Shown here: one piece after another, positions 28,101 to 38,608 of the stretch | Layout: every line of letters starts with the position of its first letter | How positions within the stretch are numbered: the first letter of the stretch is position 1 | Source of the DNA: Glycera tridactyla | Taxonomy: Eukaryota | Direction: 5' to 3' | Assembly: GCA_965644265.1 (NCBI GenBank) | Contig: OZ286462.1 | Location: 28,954,001 to 29,018,000 of the forward strand | DNA: 64,000 nt | The notes under the pieces: model-generated | What the model was told of the DNA's origin: nothing | Databases searched by the model: none | The model's input: the letters and a program-made list of their open reading frames with translations, nothing else | Position numbers and translations under genes: made by a program

Positions 28101-31053
28101 GCACACCATATTTTAGATGATCTCTGTATCATCTACATCCCCCACCATTTTCTTATTTCTCACACAACCCATCCCTAGATTCTCAACACAAACACAACAC
28201 ACTACGATAATATACAGCGATGTAATAAATTATATGCCTCTTTCTCTTTGTTTTTATATTTTTAAGTATATGCACAAAACTACCATTAGTAACAAAAACA
28301 ACAATATGAACGTCTACTCTTCCATCTCAAACACAAGGCTCCCATTTTATGGTTAAAAAAACAAAGTTTAGCACACATCATTTAATGTTGATATGATTAT
28401 TCATATAAATGCACAATTGTCTGGCAGATTTTTTTCACATTTTTTTTCTAATTTTGATATAACGAACTAGGAAAATATTTCTCCAAGATATGAATATATT
28501 GTAAAAAATGTGACCCCTGACCCAGGCCCACCCATGTCCCACCCTGGCCCTACATTGCTCAGCTTTTAAAGCTGAACAGAATAACTGTGTGTGCGTGCAG
28601 ATAATAGACAACAGAACTGCCACAAGGTGGCACTATTGACCAGTAACAGCCATATTTATGAAGCAGGAACTACCTGGGCTTGAGACTTTCAGGTAGACTG
28701 ACCTGGCTGACAATCCAGAAAATCCACAGAATAAATGAACATGGCCTTGCAGAGAAGTGAGCACCAACACAAGGATCAACTCTTGCAATTATGCCATTAC
28801 CAAGCATGACTACAAGGCAGTCACTATACGAGAAAATGCACTATGCGAAAAAATGCACAATTCATAATCAATGATTAGGTAAAGAAAAATATACTGCCAG
28901 CATGTATCTTCTAGTATGAGGAAAATTATCCCCAACAACGAAGTTTGAAATACACTGACAGGAATTTCATGCTGTGAGAAATCATATCAAGCAATGCCAG
29001 CAATCTGAAATAGTTGGAAAATGAACAATTTCGATTACTGTGCTGAAACTCCATATCCTACGCTGCGATACGGGACAACTCACAACTTGACCATTATAAT
29101 AAGGCGACAACTCTGGAGCTGAGAAGAAGCTCAAAAGGCTGCTTGCCAGACAGCCAGCCCAGAAAAACCCTGCAATTCATAAGATGTACCCCAGCCGTAC
29201 AACATGAAATGGCAGACTCTACCAAGTGGTCAATGATAGTGGCTATATTCAATAATACTTATAGACAAGCATGGAGACACCAGCATGGCCTCAAACTATC
29301 ACCTGAAACAACCACCAGAGGACACTAGTGTTGATGGCCTGCTCACACTGCCATCTTGTGCTTCATCAAATGAATCACAAATGCTGTAATTCAGATTGTT
29401 TGTCTTGGCTCTTCACTGATAGCCCTGTGTCTAAAATATGGAAATTACTATGCAAATTGGATATCAATATCTTGAAATGTTTCAATATCCACACTGGATA
29501 TCATCGAACTGGCATGCAATGCTGACAAATAGAGTTACCAACTCACAACAGCCAAAAAATGACCATGGAAATATTGTTTCCAATGGCAACACTGACATCA
29601 TCACCTCACCTAAGCACGACTACTAGAAGCCACTCAATTTTTATCCAACCAATTACCACCCAGGAATCATCATATTCTTATTATCATTGCAGATTATCAA
29701 TTTATAACATAACCTAAATTTATACTCATTATAATTACAATTGATTATTAGCTCTCTGGAGCTGGGTGGGTAAATGGTGAACTAGAAGCGATGAGGCAAG
29801 TAGACATTTAACCAGAGACTCGATAAGCAGCTGGTACCAGAAAAACGGCTATGGTGAGATGACAGGTGTGCATCGACTGCGGAAACTGTCCTCTGGTGGT
29901 GAAATCATGAAGGCCACTTGATTCCATGCATGAAATAATATTGCCACCACATGCTGAACCCCAAACTTTCGCTTTTTATAAAACGTAAACCGCTCATCGT
30001 ACAGTAACACACTTTGTGCTCGTGGAACGAGTGACGTCCACTGCCACGGATTTACTTGAAAATTATCAATACAGACCAGACCACTCAATAACTGTGCTAT
30101 GATCCAAAGTTATTGAATCAATAATTATTTTACTGTCGGAGGTCAGATAGAGCGAAACATGTGATTGATTCACTCATGATTTTGTTCTGTAGCTTTCAAT
30201 TACAATGTAAGTGTCTATTGCGAAGCCGATCAGACTGGCAGATATTGCCTGAAATATTATATGAATACGACTACACAATGGAGACTCTGTGGCACATGAA
30301 GAGTAAAATTGCTGGCAGCCAACGATTCCACACTGGTGAGCAACACACGACCTATTTTACATGATGTAAAAAGTTGTGCATGGGGTGCATGTGGTAGTTG
30401 TAATAGAATCACATGGTTCGATATACATCAACATCAAGTGTACAAAAAGGTCACGATCTAACAATGGACATGGACACCAGCAAAAAAAGGATGCCAGCCC
30501 TTCGTTTTATCAACTTGCACCGCGTCCTCAAGGACAATAAAACATCACGATATCCAGGTCACAAATGGATGGCACTAGGCCAATTGTTCGCTAGATCATT
30601 ATATGCATCAACAAAACGTCTTCAACTATAATTTCACATCAGACTCTTTTAGCAGCTGTGCCACATGATTAGGCCAACAAAAAGAAATAAACTGGATTTA
30701 TGTCCATTTCAAGTGAACACCTGACTGATATATTGTATATAAAAAACAGACTATGTCTATAGCCCTCTGGTTTCCACTCTAATAACATGATTTATGGAAC
30801 AAAGTGATAAATATATTTTACAAAAGCAAGTAACACAACCATTTCTGTAACATCTTATCTCATAGTACCAATGCCACCATACAACACTGAATGGAGACAG
30901 AGTGCCTGTCAACAATCGGGAATCATCACCATGGTAACTGGCACCCAATCAGCACCTGCAAACCACCAAATATCGGAAACCCAACACACTGTGGGAACAC
31001 TTAACGGCTTATTCTACGCACCAAACCTGTCACCTGCCTCCACTCCGCACCGT

Positions 31054-32613
31054 TCACATACACAGCGTGGGCAACTGCATGTAACGGTAAATGTAGAGAC
31101 GATAATCTTTGCTGGCGAGAACAATTGAGCCGTCATCCATCAGTGACACGTCAAAGCATTGCGCATGCTTCACTTTGCTTTCAAGGGCATTGATGATCTG
31201 TCCGTCTTGCGTGAAGATGGTCAAGTTGAAGTTGTTGTGGTTGTCTGCAACGAGGATTTCGCCAGCGTTGTTGATGCCCACGCCGATTGGGTAGTTGGTG
31301 ATGCCCTCTCCTCCGATCTGACGCAGGAAGACGCCCTGGTAGCTGAACACTTTCACGCAGTGTGCACGATTGTCACTGATGAAGATTTCTTCTTTGTCAT
31401 TCACAACTACGCCGTTGGGGAACTCAAGATGTTTCGAACAGCCGAATTTCTGGAGAACATTTCCCATTTGATCGAAGATGATGACACGCATGACTTTGCA
31501 CTCAACGATGATGATTCGACCCTTGTTGTCGACGGTGACACCACGTGGATGCTGCAGAATTGTAGCACCAAACTTGCGGACAAACTGACCATACTGATTG
31601 TAGATCTGGACCTGGTGTGTCGGGCTTCGCTCGGTTACAATGATGTCACCCGATGTCTTCACCACGGCAACACGATTGGGGTACATGAGCTGACCATCTC
31701 GCTTGCCACATTCACCAAACTGGAACTTGAATCGGCCCTCCTTGTCGAAGATCTGGATACGATGGTTGTTGGTGTCGGCAACAATAATGTCATTCTGTGC
31801 GTTCACGGCAACACCGCTTGGCTCTGTGAACTGGCCTTCGAGCACACCAAACTCGCCAAATTTAACATGGTAGATCATCTTCTGTCGTTTGATCTGCGAT
31901 TTTGGCGGGTAGATATTCGCTGTGATCAACTTGGATGTCAGATCGATAACGGGATCAGCTGCTGTGGAGAAAATGTCACCATTGGTGAGGAGATCAAGAC
32001 CGGCGTTGGACCACTTCTCGTAAGGATTCAGATTCTGACTCATGATGGAGGCAGTCGTAGGCGGCATCACAAGGCTTGACGTAGATGGGAAGTCCGTCTT
32101 CGACTGGATAAAATCTGTATCAAATAGGCTACTATTGCCGTTAGGTATGATGTGCTGGATCCCATTGGTGATGCCATTACTGAGACCATTGGAAACTTGT
32201 GGAAGTGGGTTGCTCATTCCGTTGGTCATGTTATTCGGCGTGCTTCGTGTAGTATAACCATTGGGACGGGCGATTGGCTGAGGTCGTGTCTGCTGGACAT
32301 CTGGACTTTGTCGGACATATCCAAATGTGTTGCGGATACCGACCTGAATCGCTTGGTAGTTTGAAACAAACTCGATGTCGAAGGCATTCGAGAGGTTGAC
32401 GTCCGGCATGAAACTCATCAGATTGGTGAATCCAGTGTCAATCAGTTTCTTGAACATGAGGATCTCCGTGTTGCTACTGTGCTTCACAATCTTGTCGACA
32501 AACTCACATCCCTGGTAGAGCTTCTCGATCGAATCTTGTAATCTCTTGGAGGTGGATGACATTGATGTTTGCTTGGCATTGTATGCACTGTCAAGTTCCT
32601 TCAATGCCTCTTC
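31054..32613 (-). CDS. brat: Brat-type TRIM-NHL protein, coding exon 2 (519 codons plus TGA): coiled coil, linker, six-bladed NHL RNA-binding domain
   Basis: Acceptor tttacag|GAAGAG joins in phase 0 to give MLEERK|EEALKELD. NHL region IYPPKSQIKRQKMIYH.KFGEFG..EGQFTEPSGVAVNAQNDIIVADTNNHRIQIFDKEGRFKFQFGECGKRD...LESKVKHAQCFDV.LMDDGS.VLASKDYRLYIYRY is near-identical, from memory, to the Drosophila Brat NHL domain. TGA at 31056-31054. Spliced protein is 788 aa. Confidence 0.97.
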   Translation of the reverse strand, partial: EEALKELDSAYNAKQTSMSSTSKRLQDSIEKLYQGCEFVDKIVKHSSNTEILMFKKLIDTGFTNLMSFMPDVNLSNAFDIEFVSNYQAIQVGIRNTFGYVRQSPDVQQTRPQPIARPNGYTTRSTPNNMTNGMSNPLPQVSNGLSNGITNGIQHIIPNGNSSLFDTDFIQSKTDFPSTSSLVMPPTTASIMSQNLNPYEKWSNAGLDLLTNGDIFSTAADPVIDLTSKLITANIYPPKSQIKRQKMIYHVKFGEFGVLEGQFTEPSGVAVNAQNDIIVADTNNHRIQIFDKEGRFKFQFGECGKRDGQLMYPNRVAVVKTSGDIIVTERSPTHQVQIYNQYGQFVRKFGATILQHPRGVTVDNKGRIIIVECKVMRVIIFDQMGNVLQKFGCSKHLEFPNGVVVNDKEEIFISDNRAHCVKVFSYQGVFLRQIGGEGITNYPIGVGINNAGEILVADNHNNFNLTIFTQDGQIINALESKVKHAQCFDVSLMDDGSIVLASKDYRLYIYRYMQLPTLCM

Positions 32614-34211
32614 CTGTAAAGAGAGAAATACAACACTGATTTAGCCTAGCCTCATTTTGTGTGTGTGTTTGTGTGTGTACATGCGCGCAAGAAAGAATGG
32701 GGGGTAGAGGGAGATAGGCAGGCAAGAGAGACAGACAGGCAGGCAAGAGACAGGCAGACAGACAGACGGACAGACAGACAGCAGGGAGGGGAGAGAGATG
32801 CTCATGTGAATGACACAGAAAGATGGTGTAAACATCAAAATCTGATGACATGAGAATGGCACAATCAGCAGCCTAGAAATTCAACTAAAATGAGATGAGG
32901 AAATTGGGTAAATTGCTCAAGATTATGGGATAAATCCAAAATCATACAAGGTGAGAAGTGAACAATGATGCCAGTATGGGAGCCAAGTGATTAAAACTAA
33001 TATGGCAGCTATTTCCTGGCTGACCAACTTCTGACACTGATGAGGATTCATCGGAATCGTTTATGACTTTCATGAATCATCCCCAGACCTTGGTTCTGCA
33101 CCATTCTGGTTCAGCATGACACAGCTGATCCCTCCAGTTGCCTCTGGCTAATTTGGCTGACTTTCAGGCCAGACATGATCTTTCAGCCAAAACTTCTAAA
33201 GATCAAAACTCTCAAGAACAATTTTGTCTATAGGTTTCATGGTTCAAAACATTGGAATCTTTGTATCCTTTTAGAGCTTTCATGCTTTCAAGCTGCATGC
33301 TTCGGACAATGATGAAGGAAATCCATGGAAAAATGTGTGATTGAAACCAATTGATTTGAAGAATGTCCTAGGATTTCTTATACATTGGCTGAAAATTTGT
33401 GAATTTCCTTTGCCGATGGATCAGAACTCAAGCCTGTGTCTATTTGGGTGATGTCTATTGTAGTGATCAGCCCAGGAGACATTGGAGGCAACCCAGGGTT
33501 AAAGGGTTAAAGCTGATTGGATGAACGTCATGACATGTGGCCAAGGCTGCCACTATAATGCCCGCTGCTTCACCCTCCCTTATGCACCCTCACACAACAG
33601 CTGTTCTCCTCCACTGCATCACCCCCTCCCACCACCATCTGGCTGCCATTCAAGTCTGCTGACACCATCCCTCCATGCAGAAAAAGACAAAGACGCCACA
33701 TGATTAGCTTTGCACTTGGACAAAGCAGCCACGCTCCCCAACAATAACCAGGATCCTAGGCTTGATCACGAACCTCCCAGCTGACACCATCGTTCCCAAA
33801 GCATGCATGGATGGATGGAAACTCATGTGGATCCAAGCAAAAGTCTATAGTCTGTTCAGCTTGGCAGAGATGTCAATAAGATGATATTTTCTGGAAATAT
33901 GCCCCCCAGCCCCCCCCCCCCCCCTCTCTATATTTGAGAAAGGAGCTTTTGTGGAACTTGTTGTTAATTTAAATATTTGGGGGGGGGGGAATTTTCTTTC
34001 TGGTATAAGGCCTATGCAGTCAAACCTGTCGACAATGACTAACTTTTTGAAATTCCAAAGATATTAGACAAATGAAGTGACACATATGACTGCCTATTAG
34101 AAGTTGGGCAAAAAGTAAGCCAGAACAAATTTCATCAGGCAGTGAAATTCAGTCAAGACGAATCAATTGATTCTGTTTATCAATGACTCTCCAAGAATTT
34201 TAAGAACTTAC
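32614..34211 (-). other. brat: brat phase-0 intron (1598 bp), the only intron within the CDS
   Basis: GTAAGT donor and tttacAG acceptor; joining them keeps the frame and coiled-coil continuity. Confidence 0.92.
32730..32781. repeat. Imperfect (GACA/GGCA)n in the brat intron
   Basis: Direct read. Confidence 0.8.
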
Positions 34212-35018
34212 CTTCCGTTCCTCCAACATTTGGCGGTAGAATTTGTAGGTCTCGTGGATCTCTGTCTGCGCCTTGTGGTACTGATTCTGAAGCTGATTTG
34301 ATGAATATTGCATGCTCTTTGACATCCCACGAAGGTCATTGGCCTTGACCTTGGCTTGTTCTGCAAGTTGCCGGATGACCTCCACCTCTCGAGGACTGCA
34401 TTCGGACAGGTACGCATACTCGTGACCCTTGGAGTGATCCATCAATGTGCAATCTTTACAGATCGGCGAGTCGCATGTTCGGCAAAAGAACCGTAACAAT
34501 TCGGTTCGATGGCTGCTACAGCTGACTGGCTTCTCGCTCTTGAGGTCGTCCTTGGTGTTTTGTAAGTCGGCAAGCGTGAGCACGCGGTGACCTTCAAAAC
34601 AATGCATAAACTGGTGTGCCATCACGCAGTTCGTACACAAGAAGTTGGCACAGTCAAAACAACGTGCAACTGCATTCAAGTCCTTGCTTTTGCACCCGGT
34701 GCAGCTGAGCGCAGATCCATCCATCATGGAAGCCTCCAGAACGTTGCTGATCGCAAAGTCGGGCAAGAGTCCAATCACACCCGTGGAGGAGAGGAACGAT
34801 TCTGCTTGGCATTCTGGACATGAGATTTTGTCTACAACGACGATCTTTTCGAGACAAGGTTGGCAGAATGTATGGAAGCAAGGCAGAACTTTGGGGATGG
34901 TGAATGTCTCGTTACAGACTGTACATTTCGTGACAAGGCCACTCATCTCAATCTCTCCTTCTGATGAATTAGACGTCAAACTCATCGTGTCTGTTGTGGA
35001 TGGCGTTGGGGACGCCAT
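34212..35018 (-). CDS. brat: Brain tumor (Brat/NCL-1)-type TRIM-NHL protein, coding exon 1 (269 codons): RING, B-box1, B-box2, start of coiled coil
   Basis: ATG at 35018 in strong context (gacaaaATGG), 27 nt into an exon with acceptor ttttgtttcag (exon starts 35045). N-terminus MASPTPS resembles Drosophila Brat MASSPTPS. C3HC4 RING CTVC...CFHTFCQPC...CPEC. B-box1 CTGCKSK..AVARCFDCANFLCTNCVMAHQFMHCFEGH is Brat-like. B-box2 CSSH...CRTCDSPICKDC...H. Ends at phase-0 donor AAG|GTAAGT (intron starts 34211). Confidence 0.95.
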
Positions 35019-36470
35019 TTTGTCTTCGTGTTGATTCACTTCAAACTGAAACAAAACAAGAGAATAAGTGAAACTAAATGGAAAACAGAACTATCTGATC
35101 AAGTAACAATTTTGATACTGGTGATACAAATGGCTGATTATCCTAGGCTTGAACACAAATCTGACAAGAGATCTGATACTATTAATTCACTATTTAATGT
35201 TGAAAGGATTTACGACTATTGGTAAGGTTGTATGACGTATATACTGACTAACCAGGTCATAACTTCGACCAGGCAGCCCTGGCGCCGTCACACATGTAAA
35301 CGCAGGCGATGCACAGGACCCGCACATGTAAGTTACTCTAGCATTCCAGACTAGGGCAGCATTTCAGACTACTGCAAAGTACCATTGCTGGCCAACAGGT
35401 GGCGGATACTGCTTGATAGACTGAATGATTCTGTTGGCAAGATAGCCAACTGAATTCACCAACCCATCTCAGAAATGCATTATTGTCTCAAGGATGGCAA
35501 CATTCAGGAGAAAATTATTATGATGTAGATTTGTTGGGAGAATCTGCTATGAACTAAAAAGGATCAATATTTCCTGAAGACTGTTATCACAAGTGCCAAT
35601 TTCTAATACCGATTGTGAGCACTAGGGTGAATTTTACAAAATAACGAGATCTACTTGTAGTATGAGCGAAATGAAGTACTGTACAGCAATTTTTTGTTCA
35701 GTCTATATTCATGACAGCAAAAAGAGAGATTGAACACCGAAAGATAAAATCTTTGCAGATTGAAAACAAATCCCAGAAATGAGAAAGACAACCTGTGCCG
35801 AAAGCATCAGATTCCAAGACTAGTTTGCAGAAACACCAGATTTGCAATGGATGTTCCAAATTCAGACCATTTCATGAGAAGTGACACCACTGGGTGATAC
35901 AAGAATTAAAATGTCAAACTCTGGCCAGGACACCTATCTCTGATGAGCAATATGGCTAAGTGATGGTGTTGGCGGCCTTGGGGGGGGGGGGGATGCTCTG
36001 AATCATGGACTACATGCCTGAATCATATCCTTGCAATCAATTTCTCTGACTACAGGTCTGAGTGTATCACTGGCTGAGCACCCTCTCCAGCCTCTGTGAG
36101 TCACATACCCTATGGTGTCTGAATGCAAGCTGAGCTCTACACTGCTCATATCTGTGCACAAAAAATGTTGACCCAAAGTCGGAGGTCTGGCAAGGCCACA
36201 AGAGTGGCTGAGTGCCAAGCTATGATGAGCAAGCTTGCAGGTGATTTTATTATGGGAAAAATTTTTGTTAGCCATACCTGCAAGTCTACACATAACAACA
36301 ACGGGTCTCACACCATTGGAAACCAGTTTATTACTAACTTATTGCCACAGGTCAATGTATGGACCAAGGATAACTCAACTAGGGAAAATGCATGGCACAT
36401 TGATACAGTTTTGATGTGCCATTTAGCATTTGTATGTGCCCAAATCCATGTCAACTTACTCATCAAAATA

Positions 36471-36555
36471 CAGTAAAACCTGCCCATGGTGAAAAGTCAC
36501 CGGCCAGATTTTTCTTTTCACTGTAGACAGGATTTCACTATAGCAGGTTTTACTG
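36471..36555. mobile_element. 85-bp Tc1/mariner (pogo/Tigger-like) MITE
   Basis: TA|CAGTAAAACCTGC ... GCAGGTTTTACTG|TA: perfect 13-bp TIR and TA duplication. Confidence 0.85.
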
Positions 36556-38430
36556 TAGATTGAATTGCACAGGCCTATAGGCTGTAGGGCACATATCTGG
36601 CTGTACGTGCATTTCTCCGATTTCATGTGCCTTTTAGCACAGGGAACGGAGTGGGGATATCCCTGGATGGAGTGGGGATATCCCACTGGTGGACAGGTGT
36701 TTTTTGTAGTCATGGAATAATATGGTATGGTGGGGTGGGCTCCAGAAATAGGGGGATGATGGACCTGAATGACACTGAATAACCGAATCCATCACGGGCA
36801 CATGATGAGGGGGATGGGGGGGGGGGGGGCCATAATCTACATCAGATGGTGAGAGAAATAAATGTAGACCCCAGCACTGCACAAGCAGTATCGATAAATG
36901 GCGAGGGAGGGCCAGGGTACATCATGCACAAAGAGACAGGCAGGCAGTACGGGTGAATTCAGGCCAACCCAGCAGAGTTAGACCGACCTGATGGACCCCA
37001 GCAGTGGCATTGGATACCTCCATGGGCTAGTAAACTCCCGGATTCCAGCCCCCCCCCCCCCCCCCAACATGCAGCTACCACTGGAATAAAAACATGTGGC
37101 TGGATGACTCATCATGTTTGCTCACGGAGTTTGGTTTGGTTGACTAACGAAACCAAAAACTGCTACTGGCCTCTGCCTGGGATGTTAAGTAGGGCAAATC
37201 TTCCGCACAAAGACGAGCAGCATGATTCATGCATCATGATTCACGCAATACGAGCGTACAAGATCAGATCAATGCTCTCATTTTGACCCACATTGATAAT
37301 AATGCACAGGCTTGCTGGCGCGTGAATCGAAATCGGAGTGAACACACAAAACACAGGCAATACCACACTTGCTTCTACATGTATGTGCAATTATTCCAAA
37401 CAGGAAATGAATCCATGAATATCTAAAGTTTGATGCTAGTTTTGTATCATTTGGAGTAAAATAAAATTGTGGATGTAATCCATAAATATTACATAAGATT
37501 ATGTCACAATAATGAAACGATTGAGACTATTTGTTCCAGGCTCACCAGTGAATAACTAATGCTCTGAATGATGCCAGATTCCTCGCAAATGTGGAATTTT
37601 TATTAAGTGTCATCAGAGACTGTGCTATCCTATCCCTTTGAGGTGTGTGAAATTTGCAGGGGGTACACCACCACAACAAGAGTCCTACTAATGCTTTGCA
37701 GTTTTCACCAAAAAACATAACAAAGAAAATTTCCATTCATCCAAATATAGTATGCTCTTGTGATGAAAACTCTGGCCTCCAGTGAGTTCAGACGGGAGGC
37801 TGAAATGAAAGGACTACAGTTGATGGTGTTTGGTTTGTTTTGGCTTGCAGTTTACAGCCCAGGGTTAAGACATACAACAAACAACAAACAATAAGTCTGT
37901 TCTCTTTGTTATGCACTACAGTAGAACCCCCTCCATTTTCCTCCGGTGTTTATCTGACCCCCCACCTCCACTGAAACTGCTTACCAACACCAAAGGGAAA
38001 TCATTATGAGTGGCATTTCACACTTTTACATGATGCAGACTATGTAGTCTCATAAATAGTTCTAGACTGGACTACATGGTTGTGTCAGTGTTTGTGAAAC
38101 ATGTCTGACTGTCTGAGGAAAATTTAAAGTTGTCAGGAGAAACCTGGAATTCTGCACAACAATGTCAGAAAAGGAGGGAGTCTTGATATAGAAAGTCAGA
38201 AATGATCTGGCAATTGTCAGAAAAAGTGTTGAAATACATGAAGATTTTTCCCAAATGCAGCTCTGACTATTTCTCTGTTTATAACTTTTGGCACAGTGTA
38301 GTCAGCCTATCCCTGCAAGATCGAATGAACCAAAATTACCCCAACTTGAGCATGTATTGAAGTGCTTCAGGGTTGAAAGTGAATTTCCAGCCTCAAGACC
38401 AAATTCGTTGTGAAGTTCTAATAATAACTA

Positions 38431-38608
38431 CAGTAAAACCTGTCTTAAGTGAAAAGTCACGGGACCAAATTTTTCTTCCACTTAAGACAGGATTTTGCTT
38501 AGCGCAGGACAATTATAGTGATAAAAAAAACACCCGGGCAGACCGTGGGGTATGTGCTTAAGACAGGATTTTGCCTAGCACAGGTTTACACTCAAGCAGG
38601 TTTCACTG
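38431..38608. mobile_element. 178-bp pogo/Tigger-like MITE
   Basis: TA|CAGTAAAACCTG ... CAGGTTTCACTG|TA; internal repeat TTAAGACAGGATTTTGC twice; related to the 36471 copy. Confidence 0.85.

Noticed and set aside
31159-32079. 306-aa + strand ORF antisense to the NHL exon
   Set aside because: It shadows the brat codons on the opposite strand and has no recognisable domain; long antisense ORFs are a common by-product of codon usage.
34200-35054. ORF-track start MFQFEVNQHEDK and end VSS for brat exon 1
   Set aside because: Both ends run into intron or UTR sequence; the splice sites at 35046/35045 and 34212/34211 and the MASPTPS start give a better model.
33490-37868. CCCAGGGTTAA ends at about 33500 and 37860 suggesting piggyBac-type MITEs
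   Set aside because: No matching TTAACCC left ends found nearby.
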